Shown here piece after piece: positions 61,210 to 64,000 of a stretch of 64,000 nt of DNA. The notes beneath the pieces were generated by a model. It ran no database searches. It was given only the letters and a program-made list of their open reading frames with translations, and was not told the DNA's origin. Position 1 is the first letter of the stretch; every line of letters starts with the position of its first letter. This DNA is from Anaerohalosphaeraceae bacterium (lineage in GTDB: Bacteria > Planctomycetota > Phycisphaerae > Sedimentisphaerales > Anaerohalosphaeraceae): contig CAXXSL010000016.1 in the NCBI GenBank assembly GCA_963675525.2, positions 928,001-992,000 of the forward strand, read 5' to 3'. The translations under genes were made by a program, and so were the position numbers.

Positions 61210-63909
61210 ATGAAAAAAGAACGGATTATTTGGATTTTTGTTTTGCTTTTAGTTAGCCTTGTTCATGCGGGAATCAAAAAAAAGACGATTTATACGGATA
61301 CATCGGTTGATTTTGAAACGCGTACAGCGGATTTAGTTGAACGGATGACGCTGGAAGAAAAGATTTCCCAGTTAGGCGACGACGCTGCGGGAATCGAACG
61401 CCTTGGTATACCGCCATATAATTGGTGGAATGAATGTCTTCATGGCGTTGCCCGGGCGGGTACTGCGACCGTCTTTCCACAGGCGATTGGCATGGCGGCA
61501 AGCTTTGACCGGTCCGAGATGTATAAAGTGGCCTGTGTCATTAGTGACGAGGCGCGGGCCAAACATCATGAATTTGTGCGCAACCATGATTACGGAAAGT
61601 ATAAAGGACTTACATTCTGGTCGCCGAACATCAATATTTTCCGTGACCCTCGCTGGGGTCGCGGACAGGAGACCTACGGCGAAGATCCCTACTTAACGGG
61701 ACAGATGGGTATTCAATTCGTTCGCGGCCTTCAGGGCGATGATCCGAAATATCTGAAATTGGTGGCAACAGCCAAGCATTTCGCTGTACATAGCGGCCCG
61801 GAACCGGATCGTCACGAATTTAATGCGGTTACCAATGCCCGCGACCTGTGGGAAACGTATCTGCCCGCATTTTACGACCTGATCGTCACCGGCAAAGCCT
61901 ATTCCGTCATGGGGGCCTACAACCGCGTAGACGGCGAGTCGGCTTCAGCCAGTTGGATGCTGCTGCGGGATATTCTTCGCGAGCAGTGGGGTTTTGACGG
62001 GTATGTCGTCTCCGATTGCGGGGCGATTCGAGATATTTATCAAAGGCATAAGATTGTTGATACTGCCGAGGAAGCAGCGGCGATTGGCATTCGCCGAGGC
62101 TGTGACCTGAATTGCGGTGATGTGTATCGTCAGTCGTTGTTGGATGCCGTTAACAAAGGGTTGATTGATGAGGCCGAAATCGGTTTGGCTGTCTACCGTT
62201 TGATGCTGGCGCGAATGAAACTGGGAATGTTTGACCCTCCGGAGAAGGTTGTGTACGCGCAGATTTCTTATTCGGTCAACGATTGCGAAAAACATAATGA
62301 AACGGCGTTGGCGATGGCCCTCAAGACGATGACGCTGTTGAAAAATGATGGGATTCTGCCGCTGGATAAAAACAAAATCAAAACCATTGCTGTTGTGGGG
62401 CCCAATGCCGATAGTGTGGCGGCGCTGCGCGGCAACTACTATGGCGATGCTTCGCACCCTGTAACTGTCCTGGAAGGGATTCGTCGCGCCGTGGGCGAGA
62501 AGATAAAGGTGTTCAGCTCGGAGGGATGCCCTTTGGCTGAAGTTGAGGGCAGGACCAACGATCTAACTATTGGCTCGAAATACCTGTTTACCACCGATGC
62601 TTCTGGTCTCGAGATTTCAGGTTTAAAGGGAGACTATTACCGCGGTATTACACTGCAGGGCAAACCGATACTAACCCGCATTGACCCTGTTATTAAAATG
62701 GACTGGGGCGGTGGTTCACCAACGACAACGGAAATCGGTCAGGGGACTTTGCCAGAGGAACAGAAAATTGACGATGACAATTTTTCTGTTCGCTGGACCG
62801 GACAACTTGTCGCCCCTGTCGCTGGTTTTTACAAAATAGGTATCACCTCTGATGATGGGTCCCGGCTCTACATTGATGGCAAGAAAATCGTCGATGGTTG
62901 GTCCACTCACGGGATGGAGACTTTTCTTGCAGATATTAAGTTGGAAAAAGATAAACGATATGATATTAAAATCGAGTATTTCGAGGCAAGCAAGGATGCC
63001 GGCATCCACTTTGTCTGGAGACTGCCTGAATCAAAAAATCTCATAAAAGAGGAAACGGGATCTGTTATTGCCAGTCAGATGATGGAAGACGTGTCAAAAG
63101 CAGACGTGGCGATTTTTGTTGGCGGTCTTGATGGTTACTTGGAAGGCGAATCAATGGGCACTCAGGGCGATGGTTTCTATCGCGGTGACCGTACAAAAAT
63201 AGAATTACCTGCCATCCAGTTGCAAACACTCAGAGCGATGCAGAAAACCGGAACACCGGTTATCGTGGTTCTGTTGGCAGGCAGTCCGATTGCCTTTAAT
63301 GGCACCGATAAAGACATTCCGGCAATTCTGATAGGATGGTATCCCGGACAGCGCGGCGGCGATGCCGTAGCTGAGGTTCTGTTCGGTGACTATAATCCGG
63401 CAGGTCGGCTGCCGGTTACGTTCTATGCATCCACGGATGAACTTGCGGATTTCAGCGACTATAATATGAGGGCCGGGAAAGGGAGAACATACCGGTATTA
63501 CCGAGGCGAACCTTTATTCCCATTCGGACATGGGCTCAGCTATACGATGTTTAAGTATTCGAATATGAAGATGAGCCGGAACGAAATACAAGCTGATGAC
63601 ACAGTGACAGTTTCGGTGGACGTAACCAATACCGGCCAGCGAGATGGTGAGGAAGTCGTTCAGTTGTATGTGAGGAATGTGGAATCGTCATTGCCGATGC
63701 CGGTCAAACAGCTTTGCGGATTTGAGCGGATTGCATTGAAAAAGGGTCAGACGAAAAACGTGACCTTTACCTTAAAACCGATTGACGATATGCGTTATTA
63801 TGATGCTCAGAAACAGGCATATACGGTTGAGCTAGGCGACTTTGAGATACAGATCGGCGCCTCAAGTCGCGATATCAGGCAAAAAGGCACACTAATCGTA
63901 GTAAAATAA
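61210..63909 (+). CDS. GH3 beta-xylosidase/glucosidase with PA14 insert
   Basis: WWNECLHG, RDPRWGRGQETYGEDP, KHF, VVSDCGA, FSVRWTG..SDDG, C-terminal FN3-like domain. Confidence 0.92.
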   Translation: MKKERIIWIFVLLLVSLVHAGIKKKTIYTDTSVDFETRTADLVERMTLEEKISQLGDDAAGIERLGIPPYNWWNECLHGVARAGTATVFPQAIGMAASFDRSEMYKVACVISDEARAKHHEFVRNHDYGKYKGLTFWSPNINIFRDPRWGRGQETYGEDPYLTGQMGIQFVRGLQGDDPKYLKLVATAKHFAVHSGPEPDRHEFNAVTNARDLWETYLPAFYDLIVTGKAYSVMGAYNRVDGESASASWMLLRDILREQWGFDGYVVSDCGAIRDIYQRHKIVDTAEEAAAIGIRRGCDLNCGDVYRQSLLDAVNKGLIDEAEIGLAVYRLMLARMKLGMFDPPEKVVYAQISYSVNDCEKHNETALAMALKTMTLLKNDGILPLDKNKIKTIAVVGPNADSVAALRGNYYGDASHPVTVLEGIRRAVGEKIKVFSSEGCPLAEVEGRTNDLTIGSKYLFTTDASGLEISGLKGDYYRGITLQGKPILTRIDPVIKMDWGGGSPTTTEIGQGTLPEEQKIDDDNFSVRWTGQLVAPVAGFYKIGITSDDGSRLYIDGKKIVDGWSTHGMETFLADIKLEKDKRYDIKIEYFEASKDAGIHFVWRLPESKNLIKEETGSVIASQMMEDVSKADVAIFVGGLDGYLEGESMGTQGDGFYRGDRTKIELPAIQLQTLRAMQKTGTPVIVVLLAGSPIAFNGTDKDIPAILIGWYPGQRGGDAVAEVLFGDYNPAGRLPVTFYASTDELADFSDYNMRAGKGRTYRYYRGEPLFPFGHGLSYTMFKYSNMKMSRNEIQADDTVTVSVDVTNTGQRDGEEVVQLYVRNVESSLPMPVKQLCGFERIALKKGQTKNVTFTLKPIDDMRYYDAQKQAYTVELGDFEIQIGASSRDIRQKGTLIVVK

Positions 63910-64000
63910 ATTGTATTAGAATATTTCAGATTTTTTAATCAGCGAGTTCTTCTCATTGTGAAACTCGATCATACCTTGCTTATGTCGATTTAGCGAGCCT

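Overview
This window looks like Planctomycetota chromosome, probably Phycisphaerae/Sedimentisphaerales. That assignment is inferred from DUF1559-like prepilin proteins, an ECF-FecR-PEP-CTERM cluster and dockerin-like tails. It has three parts. (1) 1-21.3 kb is core genome with ileS, asnS, glyQS, MscS, a parvulin PPIase, GH31, an ECF/anti-sigma pair and tRNA-Phe(GAA). It also holds an unannotated Ile-rich leader peptide with a terminator/antiterminator at the head of the gene run ending in ileS. (2) About 21.3-49.7 kb is an AT-richer composite island at tRNA-Phe. It carries a tyrosine integrase, an Xis-like gene, an AEP primase with a PriL-like Cys tail and small membrane proteins. It also carries a ubiquitin-like conjugation module (short modifier ending KG-Q, E2 with Ser at the usual Cys position, JAB-E1 fusion, second E2-like gene), two paralogous HerA/FtsK-like ATPase-wHTH-nuclease proteins, SprT and a TPR protein. 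Further right are a leading-region-like cassette with repeated strand-biased hairpins, a second frameshifted integrase, and a third integrase interrupted at codon 5 by a group II intron. (3) 49.8-64 kb is a pectin-utilisation-like locus (ECF, FecR, PEP-CTERM, prepilin, CE8, PL1, GH3) built from shared repeated modules. All calls come from motif reading only; no database search or folding program was run.
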